Below, in pieces: positions 1 to 9,776 of a DNA stretch of 64,000 nucleotides. The position numbers and the translations under genes are program-made. Source of the DNA: an uncultured Spirochaetota bacterium. Its GTDB lineage: Bacteria > Spirochaetota > Spirochaetia > SZUA-6 > CAVTHK01. Each line of letters begins with the position of its first letter. Position 1 is the first letter of the stretch. Location of the stretch: the NCBI GenBank assembly GCA_963734495.1, contig CAVTHK010000001.1, positions 768,001 to 832,000 on the forward strand, read 5' to 3'. The notes beneath the pieces are model-generated. The model saw only the letters and a list, made by a program, of their open reading frames with translations. It was not told the DNA's origin and ran no database searches.

Positions 1-1056
1 GCCGCCGTGTCGCACTACCACGACGTGTTCGCGTCGCTGCGGCGGCGCGGGCTCGCCCCGATCGTCACGCTGCTGCACTTTACGCTGCCGGCCTGGGTCG
101 CCGACCTCGGGGGCTGGGAGGCCGCGGAGACGATCGAGCGGTACTGCGGGTTCGTGCGCTTCTGCGCCCGCGAGTACGGCGGCGAGGTCGACTGGTGGTG
201 CACGATCAACGAGCCGGAGGTGCTGGCGTTCGAGGCCTACGTCGATGGGATCTGGCCGCCCTGCCGCCGCGACATGGACGCCGCGCTGCAGGTGATCGCG
301 AACCAGCTCGACGCCCACCACCGCGCCTGCCGCATCCTGCACGACGAGGACCGCATCGACGCGGACGGCGACGGGCAGGCCGCGCGCGTGGGCTTCGCGA
401 AGCACGTGGTGCAGCTCATCCCCCGGCGGCCCTGGTCGCCGCTCGACCGCCTGCGGACGAGGGTGGAGGACCGCATCTTCAACGACGCGGTGATCGAGGC
501 GGCCGTGACCGGCAGGATCCGGCTGCGGGTCCCCGGATTCAAGGCGGTCAGGCGGGACGTGGGCGGGCGCGAGCGGAGCCTCGACTGGTTCGGGCTGAAC
601 TACTACACACGCAGGACCGTCGACGCCACCGGCGGGAGCGGACACGCGGCGCGCGCAGGCGCGGAGGTCAACGACCTCGGCTGGGAGATCTTTCCCGCCG
701 GCCTGGCCGCCGCCGCCGAGCGCGCCGCGTCGGCGGGCGCGCCCGTGCTCGTGACCGAGCACGGCTTCGCGGACGCCGCGGACGCGTTCCGTCCGCGGGC
801 GCTGGTCGAGTCGCTGGCCGCGCTCGGACGCGCCATCGAGCGAGGCGCGCCGGTGCTCGGCTATCTCCACTGGACGCTGATGGACAACTTCGAGTGGGCC
901 GAAGGCTGGCGCGCCCATTTCGGGCTCTACCGCGTCGACGCCCTCGTCGACCCGTGCGGCCGCGCCCGCACGCGCAGCGCGGACCTGCTTGCGCGCATCG
1001 CGGGATCCAACGAGATCAGCGCGGAGACCGCGGCCGAGGCAGGGACGCGGCTGTAG
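1..1056 (+). CDS. Glycoside hydrolase family 1 (beta-glucosidase-like), 5'-truncated by the window edge
   Basis: GH1 motifs TLLHFTLP, TINEP (acid/base), VTEHG (nucleophile), DNFEWAEG; frame is open from base 1. Confidence 0.93.
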   Translation, partial: AAVSHYHDVFASLRRRGLAPIVTLLHFTLPAWVADLGGWEAAETIERYCGFVRFCAREYGGEVDWWCTINEPEVLAFEAYVDGIWPPCRRDMDAALQVIANQLDAHHRACRILHDEDRIDADGDGQAARVGFAKHVVQLIPRRPWSPLDRLRTRVEDRIFNDAVIEAAVTGRIRLRVPGFKAVRRDVGGRERSLDWFGLNYYTRRTVDATGGSGHAARAGAEVNDLGWEIFPAGLAAAAERAASAGAPVLVTEHGFADAADAFRPRALVESLAALGRAIERGAPVLGYLHWTLMDNFEWAEGWRAHFGLYRVDALVDPCGRARTRSADLLARIAGSNEISAETAAEAGTRL

Positions 1057-1111
1057 GCATTGCGTGTTCGCGGGGCCGCCGCAGGGGCGGTCCCGCTCAA
1101 AGGAGGACACG

Positions 1112-2812
1112 ATGAAGGTCACCCGCATGGGGCTTGCGCTTCTGGCGCTGGCGCTCGCGTTGGTCGGCTGCGCAAGCACGCCGAACCGGCTGCTCGATGG
1201 CTCCGAGCAGTACGCAAAGGAGGCGGCACGGCTCTACACCGAGGGGTCGTACGAGGAGTCGGCGGCCGGATACACCAGCAGCCTGGCCGAGCTCGACAAG
1301 TCAATCGACGAATGCCTCGCCGATCCGCACTGCGTGTTTCCCGGGAGTCAAGGTCAGCTGAAAGCGTCACTCTACGCGAACAGGGCGCTGTCGCGCATCG
1401 GTGCCGGAGACTATAAGGGGGCGGCCGACGATGCCCGCAAGTCGATCTCCACCTTCGAGAGCCCGCGGGGACGCTTCGCCCTGATCCTGGCCACGGCCGC
1501 CGCGGGCCAGACGGACGCGGCCCGGGCGGAGGTGCCGAAGCTGCGCGCCCAGGACCCGGCAAAAGCCAGCGAGGCCGAGTCGGTGCTGCGGAGCCCGGAT
1601 CCCGCCGCTGCCGTCAAGCAGGCGTTTTACGCGAGGACGCCTTTCGCCAGAGGCATCGATGCGTACAATTCCAAGAACTACAAGCTCTCCCTCCAGCTCT
1701 GGCTTACCGTGGCCGAAAAGGGAGACTCGGCCGCGCAATACTACGTGGCGCTGCAGTATCTGGAAGGCCTCGGAGTGGAGCAGAGCGATGCCAAGGCGTT
1801 CGCGTGGTTCCTCAAGGCAGCGCAGCAGGGGCACCTCCAGTCGATGTCGGAGGCCGGCTTTTCCTATCGGTACGGCCGGGGAGTCAAGCAGGACAACGGC
1901 GAGGCGTTCAAGTGGCTGCAGCCGGCCGCGGAAAAGGGCGACATCCGGGCCTGCTACGAGCTGGGGATGGTCTACTACCACGGCGAAGGCGCGCCGAAGG
2001 ACCACCAGGCGGCGTTCAAGTGGTTCCGGCGAGCCGCCGACGGGAAGAATCCCGACGGACAGGTGATGCTGGGCTACATGTACGAAAACGGCCAGGGCGT
2101 GAAAGCCGACCCGGCGAAAGCCGTGGAGCTCTACGGGCTCGCCGCGGACCAGGGGAGCCCGCTCGGGCAGTACAACCTGGCCGTCATGTACCAGTACGGC
2201 ACCGGAGTCGCCAAGGACGAAGAAGAGGCCGTGCGCCTGTACAGGTCCGCGGCCGACAACGGCTACGAGGATGCGGTCGAGGCCTTGAGAACGATGGGCA
2301 ACGAGGGATCAGCCGCGGCCCAGTACGAGCTCGCTTCCGTGCTCCTCGAGGGCAAAACAGTTGCCCGCAACGACGGCGAGGCCGTCGCGCTCCTCTCCCG
2401 GTCCGCGGACCAGGGCCATGCGGAAGCGCTGGAAACCCTCGGGGATCTCTACGTCGAAGGCAAGCACGGGGTGGCGCCCGACCCGGCTCGCGGCGAGCGG
2501 CTGCTCCTCGCCGCCGCCGAGCAGGGCAGAGTGGGAGCGATGCTGAGCCTGGGCCGCCTCTACGCCACGGGCAAGGCGACGGTGGGCAAGGACCTGGTTC
2601 GGGCCTGCATGTGGTACAAGGTCGTCCAGGCACGGGAAGCGCTTCTGGACGACCTGTCCCCGCTGGGTTTTCTCAAAGGCCTGTTCGGCGAGCCTCCGTC
2701 GGAAACCGCGGCAAAAGCCCTGAAAGAGCTGGAAAAAGGCATGACCGCGGCACAGACGGGCGAGGCGAGCGGCAGGGCCACGGACTGGATGATGAAGCAT
2801 CTGACGCTGTGA
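1112..2812 (+). CDS. Lipoprotein with N-terminal TPR-like region and multiple Sel1-like repeats
   Basis: AGGAGG before ATG at 1112; lipobox LVGC; repeated AQY.L..Y..G.GV..D...A..W...AA..G units. Confidence 0.9.
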   Translation: MKVTRMGLALLALALALVGCASTPNRLLDGSEQYAKEAARLYTEGSYEESAAGYTSSLAELDKSIDECLADPHCVFPGSQGQLKASLYANRALSRIGAGDYKGAADDARKSISTFESPRGRFALILATAAAGQTDAARAEVPKLRAQDPAKASEAESVLRSPDPAAAVKQAFYARTPFARGIDAYNSKNYKLSLQLWLTVAEKGDSAAQYYVALQYLEGLGVEQSDAKAFAWFLKAAQQGHLQSMSEAGFSYRYGRGVKQDNGEAFKWLQPAAEKGDIRACYELGMVYYHGEGAPKDHQAAFKWFRRAADGKNPDGQVMLGYMYENGQGVKADPAKAVELYGLAADQGSPLGQYNLAVMYQYGTGVAKDEEEAVRLYRSAADNGYEDAVEALRTMGNEGSAAAQYELASVLLEGKTVARNDGEAVALLSRSADQGHAEALETLGDLYVEGKHGVAPDPARGERLLLAAAEQGRVGAMLSLGRLYATGKATVGKDLVRACMWYKVVQAREALLDDLSPLGFLKGLFGEPPSETAAKALKELEKGMTAAQTGEASGRATDWMMKHLTL

Positions 2813-2821
2813 ACGCGGCCG

Positions 2822-3886
2822 TCACGAGGGGTCGCGGAGACGCCGGCGCAGAGGGAGTCGAACGGAGGCGAGAAGGACCACCGCGATGCTTGCGGCCTTG
2901 AGCACCTGCACGAGCGGAAATCCGGCAACGGAGACGCCCGCGATCGCGTCCGTCGCGTGGAAGGACAGGAGGTCCACGGCCGTGACGACGCCGTACAGCA
3001 GCGCGCCGATGAGCGCGGTCGCGAGCGGGCCTCCGAGCGATCGCCCCGCCCGGCCGACCAGCACCGCCGCGCCGGCACCGCCGGCCGTGAGAGCCGCGAT
3101 CACCGCCGCCTGAAACGGCTTGCGCAGGTAGTACCAGTCGTGGGTCCCCGCGATCGTCCTGACGACCTCGGTCAGGGCCCGGCCGGCGCCGGAGAGCTCC
3201 CAGGCCGCGGCCACGGCAAGGCCGGCCGCCATCGCCGCCCACGCCGGCCGTCGCCTGCCTCCCGCGGCGCGCGCCGACCACGCGGCCGCGGCCGCCGCCG
3301 CCAGCAGCAGGCCGGCCACGGCCGTCTTTCCCGCGGAACGGTCCGATTCGTTCCAGGCGGGCGCCCCGCGGTCCCGCGGCGCGGCGCTCGGGGCGACCCG
3401 CGTGTCGCCCCTGTACGCCGGGAGCGCGCCCAGGCGCGCGCCCGCAGCCGAGGGCGCTCCCGACCGGACCCTGACGAGGTCGGTCGTGGCGCTTCGATCG
3501 CGCGTTTCCCAGTCGCCCGTCGGGCTCAGGTAAACGACGGCGACGACGAAGGCGAGGTCCTCCCGCGGCTTCACCTGCGGCTCGAACAGGTAGGAGCCCG
3601 GCGCGACGACCAGGCGGCGGCCGCCGCTGGAGAGGAAGCCCGCGGACCGGCGGCTCCTGTCGGTCCCATGCAGGTCTACGACGAGCCAGGTCGGCACGTC
3701 CGCCTTCTTCACCGTTATCTTCAGGGGCAGGGGCTGCCCGACCGCCGCGTAGGCAGGCGCCTGGACCGTGACCCAGTCGGCTCGCTGATTGAGGCGGTCC
3801 AGAGCAAGCCACACGGCGACGGCCAACGCGGCGACCGCAGCCGCGGCCGCGGCAGCTCCGAGCGAGCGCCTGTCTGTCGGCTTCAT
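2822..3886 (-). CDS. Hypothetical membrane protein (N-terminal TM, extracytoplasmic beta-rich domain, C-terminal multi-TM domain)
   Basis: Coding-like ORF with several hydrophobic helices; WY..RK.FQ and S.H..D motifs in the TM domain. Confidence 0.7.
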   Translation of the reverse strand: MKPTDRRSLGAAAAAAAVAALAVAVWLALDRLNQRADWVTVQAPAYAAVGQPLPLKITVKKADVPTWLVVDLHGTDRSRRSAGFLSSGGRRLVVAPGSYLFEPQVKPREDLAFVVAVVYLSPTGDWETRDRSATTDLVRVRSGAPSAAGARLGALPAYRGDTRVAPSAAPRDRGAPAWNESDRSAGKTAVAGLLLAAAAAAAWSARAAGGRRRPAWAAMAAGLAVAAAWELSGAGRALTEVVRTIAGTHDWYYLRKPFQAAVIAALTAGGAGAAVLVGRAGRSLGGPLATALIGALLYGVVTAVDLLSFHATDAIAGVSVAGFPLVQVLKAASIAVVLLASVRLPLRRRLRDPS

Positions 3887-4117
3887 CGCTCAAGAAAGAT
3901 ACCGTTCCAGCGCCCGGAAAAAAACGCGGCCGCCCGACGCGTGCCGCGTGGGTCGGTCGTCACGAGCTGAGGGTGCGCCGGTGTCAATCTCCCGAAGCCG
4001 CGGTGTTTCAATCGCTCCAGTGGCACGGCGCGGGCAGCGCGCCCCGCGTGTCGGGAATTGTTGATCGCGCCCCGGTTTGACGCGATATTTGACGAATACC
4101 GGGGAAGGGGGGGTCTC

Positions 4118-5404
4118 TTGCCGCTCTCGAAGATCAAAGTAACCATGCTCGCGGCCTGCCTGATGGCGGCCGCCTCCGCGGCCGCGCCCGCTCTCGAGTT
4201 GGACTTCGGGGCCTTCGTCGACAAGGTAGCCGCTTCGAGCCGGGCGCTGCGCCTTGCGCGGCTCGACGTCTCCTCGGCCGAGGCGGACAAGACCTCGGCG
4301 GTCGCGGCCGCGCTGCCCCGCGTCGGCGCTTCGGCCGGCTACGGGAGGGAGCTCCTCGCCCTCACGAGCCCTTACCAGGTCCCGTTCCACAACCAGCTCC
4401 AGGCCGGCGCCACCGTGAGCCAGAACATCCTCAACCTGAGCGTCCTGTACGCCGTTCGCGCCTCGGGCTACCTCGACGACATGGGCCGCGAGCAGCTCGA
4501 AGCGGTCCGGCAGGCGGTGATCAACGGCGCCCGCAAGGCGTTCTACGGGGCACTGCTTGCCCGCGAAGTGCGCGACGTGAGCGTGGAGTCGGAGGCGGCG
4601 GCGCAGGACAACTACGACAACGTCCGTCTCCGCTTCGAGAACGGCGCGGCGAGCGAGTTCGACCTGCTGCAGGCGGAAGCGGCCCACCTGGCGACGATCC
4701 CCGCGCGCATCCGCGCGCAGCGCGACTACGAGGTGGCTCTCAACTCGCTCAAGACCCTCGCCGGGATCGGAATCGACGAGGCCCTGGAGGTGAAGGGTTC
4801 CCTCGAAGCGCCCTCCGCGCAGCCGCAGCCGTCGCCGGGGTCGGCGAATGAGGCCCTGCAGCGGCGCCCGGACCTCAAGGCGCAGGAGCTGCAGAAAGAG
4901 CTTCTCGACATCAACGTGCGCGCCGCCCAGTCGCAGCACTACCCGACGCTGGCGGCGAGCCTCTCCTACTCGGCCTACGTGCTCTCGGACGGGTCCGCGC
5001 CGGACAACAACTACGACTCTCTGACGCTGGGCCTCCAGCTCTCGGTCCCCATCTTTTCCGGCGGGGCCGTCGACGCCGCGGTGCGCAAAGCGCGGATCGA
5101 CCGTGACAAGTCCGAAACGCGCGTCGAGGACCTCGCTGACCAGATCCGCGCCGACGTCCGCAACGCCGAGCTCAGGCTGCAGGAGGCCGCGCGCGCGGTC
5201 GACGCTTCGGCGCGCAGCGTGCAGTCGGCCGAGCGTGCCTACGACATCACCCAGACGCGGGTCGCCAACGGCGCCGCGACGCAGCTCGAGCTCACCTCCA
5301 GCCGGATCGCCCGTGACCAGGCGAAGGTCGGCTACTACTCGGCGGTCTACGACCTGCTGTCCGCCCGCTTCGACTGGGAGCAGGCGACCGGCTCAGTCCC
5401 CTGA
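4118..5404 (+). CDS. TolC family outer membrane efflux protein
   Basis: Signal peptide; two OEP repeats (RF.NG.AS.FDLLQAE; YPTL...VPIFSGG); first gene of the RND operon. Start is TTG 4118 or ATG 4145. Confidence 0.9.
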   Translation: MPLSKIKVTMLAACLMAAASAAAPALELDFGAFVDKVAASSRALRLARLDVSSAEADKTSAVAAALPRVGASAGYGRELLALTSPYQVPFHNQLQAGATVSQNILNLSVLYAVRASGYLDDMGREQLEAVRQAVINGARKAFYGALLAREVRDVSVESEAAAQDNYDNVRLRFENGAASEFDLLQAEAAHLATIPARIRAQRDYEVALNSLKTLAGIGIDEALEVKGSLEAPSAQPQPSPGSANEALQRRPDLKAQELQKELLDINVRAAQSQHYPTLAASLSYSAYVLSDGSAPDNNYDSLTLGLQLSVPIFSGGAVDAAVRKARIDRDKSETRVEDLADQIRADVRNAELRLQEAARAVDASARSVQSAERAYDITQTRVANGAATQLELTSSRIARDQAKVGYYSAVYDLLSARFDWEQATGSVP

Positions 5405-5418
5405 AAGGAGCTTTTCCC

Positions 5419-6465
5419 ATGATGAAAGCGAGAATCCGGGCCGCCGCCCTGGCGGCAGCGGCGTTTATTGCCCTCGGCGGATGCGCCCAGCGCGGCCCCG
5501 CCGCAACCAAGGACCAGGCGGCCGACCCCGGGAAGGCCGTGCCCGTGCGCGTGCAGCGCCTGGAGCCGCGGGATTTCGTGGACTACCTGCGCGTCACCGG
5601 GACCGTGCTCGCGCGCAGCAAGATCAACGTCGTCGCGGAAGAAGGCGGCATCCTCAAGCGGGTGCTCGTGGACAAGGGCAACAAGGCCGATGCCGGCGCC
5701 GGCCTCGCCCTGCTCGACAACCCGGTGCTCGTAGCCGGCCGCGACCAGGCGGCAGCGGCCCTCAAGCAGGCCGAGCTGGACCAGGCGACCAAGAAGGCGC
5801 TCTTCGACAAGAAGGCGATCGCGGAGAACGAGTACCTGTACTCCACCTACTCGCTCGAGGCCGCCCGCGCGGCGTACGCGCTGGTCCAGGCCAGGGTCGA
5901 CAAGCTCACGCTCCGGACCCCGATCCCCGGGATCGTCAACCGCCGCTACTATGACCTCGGCGCGTACGTGACGCCCATGACCCCCGCCTTCGAAGTCATC
6001 GACATGGACCAGCTGCGCGTGCGGGCGGGCGTGGCCGAACGGTTCATAGGCGACGTCGGCCTCGGCACGCCGGTGGACGTCACTTTCGACGCCTTTCCGG
6101 ACGTCACGATCACGGCTCCCATCACCTACGTATCGCGGGACATCGATTCGCAGAGCCGCACGTTCGACGTCGAGGTCCAGTTCGACAATCCCGGCCGCCG
6201 GATCGCGCCGGCCATGGTGGCCAACCTGCGCGTCCGCTACCAGTCGCTGCACAACCGGATCGTCATCCCACTCGACTCCCTCATCGAGGGCCCGAACGGG
6301 TGGTACGTGTTCGTGAACCAGGGCGGCAAGGCGAAGCGCGTGGACGTCCAGCAGCTTTCCGTGAGCGGCTCGGAGGTCCTCGTCGAAGGGCTCGCGCCGG
6401 GCCAGGACCTCGTCGTGTCCGGACAGCGCTCCTTGAGCGAAGGCGACCTCCTGGAGCTCAAATGA
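5419..6465 (+). CDS. RND efflux periplasmic adaptor (MFP) lipoprotein
   Basis: Lipobox LGGC; lipoyl-like halves (LRTPIPGIV), SRTFDVEV, EGLAPGQ.LVVSGQ. Confidence 0.93.
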   Translation: MMKARIRAAALAAAAFIALGGCAQRGPAATKDQAADPGKAVPVRVQRLEPRDFVDYLRVTGTVLARSKINVVAEEGGILKRVLVDKGNKADAGAGLALLDNPVLVAGRDQAAAALKQAELDQATKKALFDKKAIAENEYLYSTYSLEAARAAYALVQARVDKLTLRTPIPGIVNRRYYDLGAYVTPMTPAFEVIDMDQLRVRAGVAERFIGDVGLGTPVDVTFDAFPDVTITAPITYVSRDIDSQSRTFDVEVQFDNPGRRIAPAMVANLRVRYQSLHNRIVIPLDSLIEGPNGWYVFVNQGGKAKRVDVQQLSVSGSEVLVEGLAPGQDLVVSGQRSLSEGDLLELK

Positions 6466-9400
6466 AACTCACGGACTTCTCTCTCAAGAAGCGCACCGCG
6501 ATCTTCGTCTTCGTGGCGGTGATCACCTTCGCGGGGATCGGGGCCTACATCAACCTCCCGATCGAGTCATTCCCCGAGATCAAGCAGCCGACCGTCTTTG
6601 TCACGATCCCTTATCCGGGCGTGTCGCCCAAGGACATGGAGACCCTCGTGGCCGATCCGCTCGAGACCAGGCTCATGGAGATCTCCAAGCTCAAGACGCT
6701 CTCCTCCTCGAGCCGCGAAGGCCTCACGTCGGTCGTGGCGGAGTTCCAGCCCGACATCGCGGTCGACGAGGCGGTGCGGCAGACGCGGGAAAAGGTGGAC
6801 CAGGCGCGGTCCGACCTGCCGAACGACATCCTGGAGCCGATCGTTCAGGAGATCAACTTCGAGAACATCCCGGTCATCGTCGTGGCGGTCACCGGCGATC
6901 AGTCGCTCGTCCGTCTCAAGGAGATCGCGCAGGACCTGAAGAAGAAGCTCGAAAACATCCCCGGCGTCCTCACCGTGAACCTGACCGGCGGGCTCGAGCG
7001 CGAGATCAAGGTCAACGTGAACCCCACGGAGCTCGTCCACTACAACCTCGGCGTGGACGACGTCATCTCCGCCATCTCGCGCGAGAACATGACCATCCCG
7101 GGCGGGGCGACGGAGAGCTCGTCGCTGCGCTGGACCATCCGGGTCCCGGGTGAGCTCACGTCGCTCGACGACCTGCGGGGGCTCGTCATCGACACGCGCC
7201 ACGGCACCCCCATCTACCTGAGGGACGTCGCCATGGTTTCCTCGGGGTTCAAGGAGCCCGAGAGCGCCTCCCGCCTCAACGGGCAGCCTAGCGTGAGCCT
7301 CGCGGTGGAGAAGCGCACCGGGGAGAACATCCTCGCCCTCACCGACGCCGTCAAGGCGCTGCTCGCAAAGGAGCAGCCGGGCTTCCCCGAGGGGGCCAAG
7401 GCTGTGGTCGTCGCGGACTTTTCCCGCGAAATCCGCACCACCGTGAGCGACCTGAACAACCACCTCCTGATGGCGCTGCTGCTCGTCGTGTTCGTGCTCT
7501 ATTTCTTCATGGGCGCCCGCAACAGCCTGCTCGTCGGCCTGGCGGTTCCGCTCTCAATGTTCCTCTCGTTCCTGACCCTCAGCCTGCTGGGCCTCACGCT
7601 GAACATGATCACGCTCTTCAGCCTGATCCTGTCCCTGGGGATGCTGGTCGACGACGCGATCGTCGTCGTCGAGAACATCTACCGCCAGCACCACGAGGGC
7701 AAGAAGCTGATGGAGGCGGCTCGCGACGCCACGCGCGAGGTCGGCATCGCGGTGATCTCCTCGACGGCGACGACCGTGTTCGCCTTCGCTCCGCTGCTGT
7801 TCTGGCCGGGGATCATCGGCAATTTCATGCGCGTGCTGCCGGTGACGCTCATCATCACGCTTTCCTCGTCGCTGCTCGTGGCCCTGATGATCAGCCCCGT
7901 CTTCGCGTCCGCGTTCATCCGCCTCAAGGCATCAGGCAGGCCGCACCTGGGCGATCGGCTCCTCAACCGCTTCGGCGCGCGCTACGAGCGGATGCTCGGC
8001 TGGCTGCTCGCGAGCCGCAAGCGCCGCGGCCGCTTCCTCGCCCTGTCGGGGGCGGCCTTCGTCCTGATGCTCGTGGTGTTCGCCGTGCTCAACCACGGCG
8101 TCGAGTTCTTTCCCGACCAGGACCCCGCGCAGATCTACGTCAACGTCGAAGCGCCGCTGGGCACGCGCCTGGAGGTGTCGGACGCCGCCGTGCGCGAGAT
8201 CGAGAGGCGGCTCGCCGGGACCCCCGACGTGCGCAACGTGCTGAGCGACATCGGGACGTCGGGCAACTTCTTCGACTTCGGGGCGGGGGGCGGCACTCCG
8301 CACAAGTCGCGCGTCACCATCGATATGCTCGACAAGCCGGACCGCAAGCAGAGCTCCGTGCTCACGCTCGAGCAGGTGCGCGCGAAGGTCGCGGGCATCC
8401 CGGGCGTGCGCGTCGACGTGACCAAACCGGAAAACGGCCCGCCCACGGGACGCGCCGTGGAGGTGCGCCTCAAGGGCAAGGACCTCGCCGTCCTCGATGC
8501 GATGTCGGTGGACATCCAGAAGCGGATCGCGGGCGTGCCCGGGCTGGCGCGGCTCGACGACGACTACGAGCCCGGCAGGCCCGAGCTTCGGGTCGATATC
8601 GACCGGGTCAAGGCCGCCCTGCAGGGGCTCTCGACCGCCAAGATCGCGGGAACGATCCGCACGGCCATCAACGGAACCGTCGCCTCCAAGTACCGCGTCG
8701 GCTCCGACCAGTACGACATCACGGTGCGCTTCGACCGCGACTACCGCACGCACTACAACGACCTGCTCGACCTCACGGTGCTCCAGGACGGCGTGCACCG
8801 GCCGCTGGCCAACTTTGCCACCGTCCATCTCGCCACCGGCCTGAGCAGCATCAACCACGTCGGCGGCGAGCGGGTGATCACGGTCAGCGCCGACGCCATC
8901 GGCCGCAGCTCCGCCGAGGTGCTTGCGGAAGCGCGCAATCGCCTCGCCTCCTACGTCCCGCCGCAGGGGTACGCCCTCTCCTTCACCGGGCAGAACGAGG
9001 AGCAGGCCAAGGCGGCCAGCTTCCTCGCCAGCGCGTTCCTGATCGCCATGTCCCTGATCTTCCTCATGCTCGTCGTGCAGTTCGACTCGGTGACCGTGCC
9101 GTTCGTGATCATGGCCACGGTCCCGCTTTCCCTGTTCGGGGCCTTCTTCGGGCTGCTGGTGACGTTCAAGCCGTTCGGCATCATCATGACCGGAGTCGGC
9201 ATCATCTCGCTCGCCGGCGTGGTCGTGAAGAACGCGATCGTGCTCATCGAGTACACCCGCCAGCTTCGCGAGCGCGGGCTTCCCAAGGCCGAGGCGATCG
9301 TGCGCGCCGGCCGCACCAGGCTGCGGCCCGTTCTGCTCACCGCCATCACGGCCATCCTCGGCCTGATCCCCCTCACGACGGGGATCGCCATCGAGTTCAC

Positions 9401-9659
9401 CAAAGTGTTCCAGGGGAACTTCCACCGGCTGATCACGTTCGGCGCCGAGAGCGCCGACTTCTGGAGCGGGATGGGCGTGGTCGTCATCTTCGGGCTCATG
9501 TTCGCCACGGTGCTCACCCTCGTGGTCGTGCCGGTGATGTACTACGCGCTCGCCGACCTGCCGCAGGCGATCGGCGATCGGCTCGCCCGCCGGCGCGCAC
9601 GCCGCGAGGCGGCGCAGGCGGAGCGCACGGAAAAGGAGAACGGGGAGATGTCGGCGTAA
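6462..9659 (+). CDS. RND efflux transporter permease (AcrB/AcrD/AcrF family)
   Basis: LGMLVDDAIVVVENI, GVVVKNAIVLIE, RLRPVLLTA motifs; ATGA overlap with the MFP gene. Confidence 0.96.
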   Translation: MKLTDFSLKKRTAIFVFVAVITFAGIGAYINLPIESFPEIKQPTVFVTIPYPGVSPKDMETLVADPLETRLMEISKLKTLSSSSREGLTSVVAEFQPDIAVDEAVRQTREKVDQARSDLPNDILEPIVQEINFENIPVIVVAVTGDQSLVRLKEIAQDLKKKLENIPGVLTVNLTGGLEREIKVNVNPTELVHYNLGVDDVISAISRENMTIPGGATESSSLRWTIRVPGELTSLDDLRGLVIDTRHGTPIYLRDVAMVSSGFKEPESASRLNGQPSVSLAVEKRTGENILALTDAVKALLAKEQPGFPEGAKAVVVADFSREIRTTVSDLNNHLLMALLLVVFVLYFFMGARNSLLVGLAVPLSMFLSFLTLSLLGLTLNMITLFSLILSLGMLVDDAIVVVENIYRQHHEGKKLMEAARDATREVGIAVISSTATTVFAFAPLLFWPGIIGNFMRVLPVTLIITLSSSLLVALMISPVFASAFIRLKASGRPHLGDRLLNRFGARYERMLGWLLASRKRRGRFLALSGAAFVLMLVVFAVLNHGVEFFPDQDPAQIYVNVEAPLGTRLEVSDAAVREIERRLAGTPDVRNVLSDIGTSGNFFDFGAGGGTPHKSRVTIDMLDKPDRKQSSVLTLEQVRAKVAGIPGVRVDVTKPENGPPTGRAVEVRLKGKDLAVLDAMSVDIQKRIAGVPGLARLDDDYEPGRPELRVDIDRVKAALQGLSTAKIAGTIRTAINGTVASKYRVGSDQYDITVRFDRDYRTHYNDLLDLTVLQDGVHRPLANFATVHLATGLSSINHVGGERVITVSADAIGRSSAEVLAEARNRLASYVPPQGYALSFTGQNEEQAKAASFLASAFLIAMSLIFLMLVVQFDSVTVPFVIMATVPLSLFGAFFGLLVTFKPFGIIMTGVGIISLAGVVVKNAIVLIEYTRQLRERGLPKAEAIVRAGRTRLRPVLLTAITAILGLIPLTTGIAIEFTKVFQGNFHRLITFGAESADFWSGMGVVVIFGLMFATVLTLVVVPVMYYALADLPQAIGDRLARRRARREAAQAERTEKENGEMSA

Positions 9660-9668
9660 CGACTATTT

Positions 9669-9703
9669 GTGCACGTGCACCCGCGCTGTCAATCGTGTAC
9701 TCT
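9669..9703 (+). promoter_or_regulatory. Putative promoter with overlapping 12-bp palindromic operator (GTGCACGTGCAC)
   Basis: Perfect palindrome 9669-9680; GTGCAC-17 bp-TACTCT upstream of the sugar-binding protein gene. Confidence 0.5.
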
Positions 9704-9776
9704 GGCGCAGGTAGTTGGCGGGAGAGACCGCCCGCGCAGGCGGCCGAGCTGAACTACCCGAAAGAGAAGGACAGCG

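Noticed and set aside
3985..4050. Cobalamin-riboswitch-like fragments (GCCACTG...CGGGAG) on the minus strand
   Set aside because: The core AGGGAA/CGGTG and B12-box elements are absent
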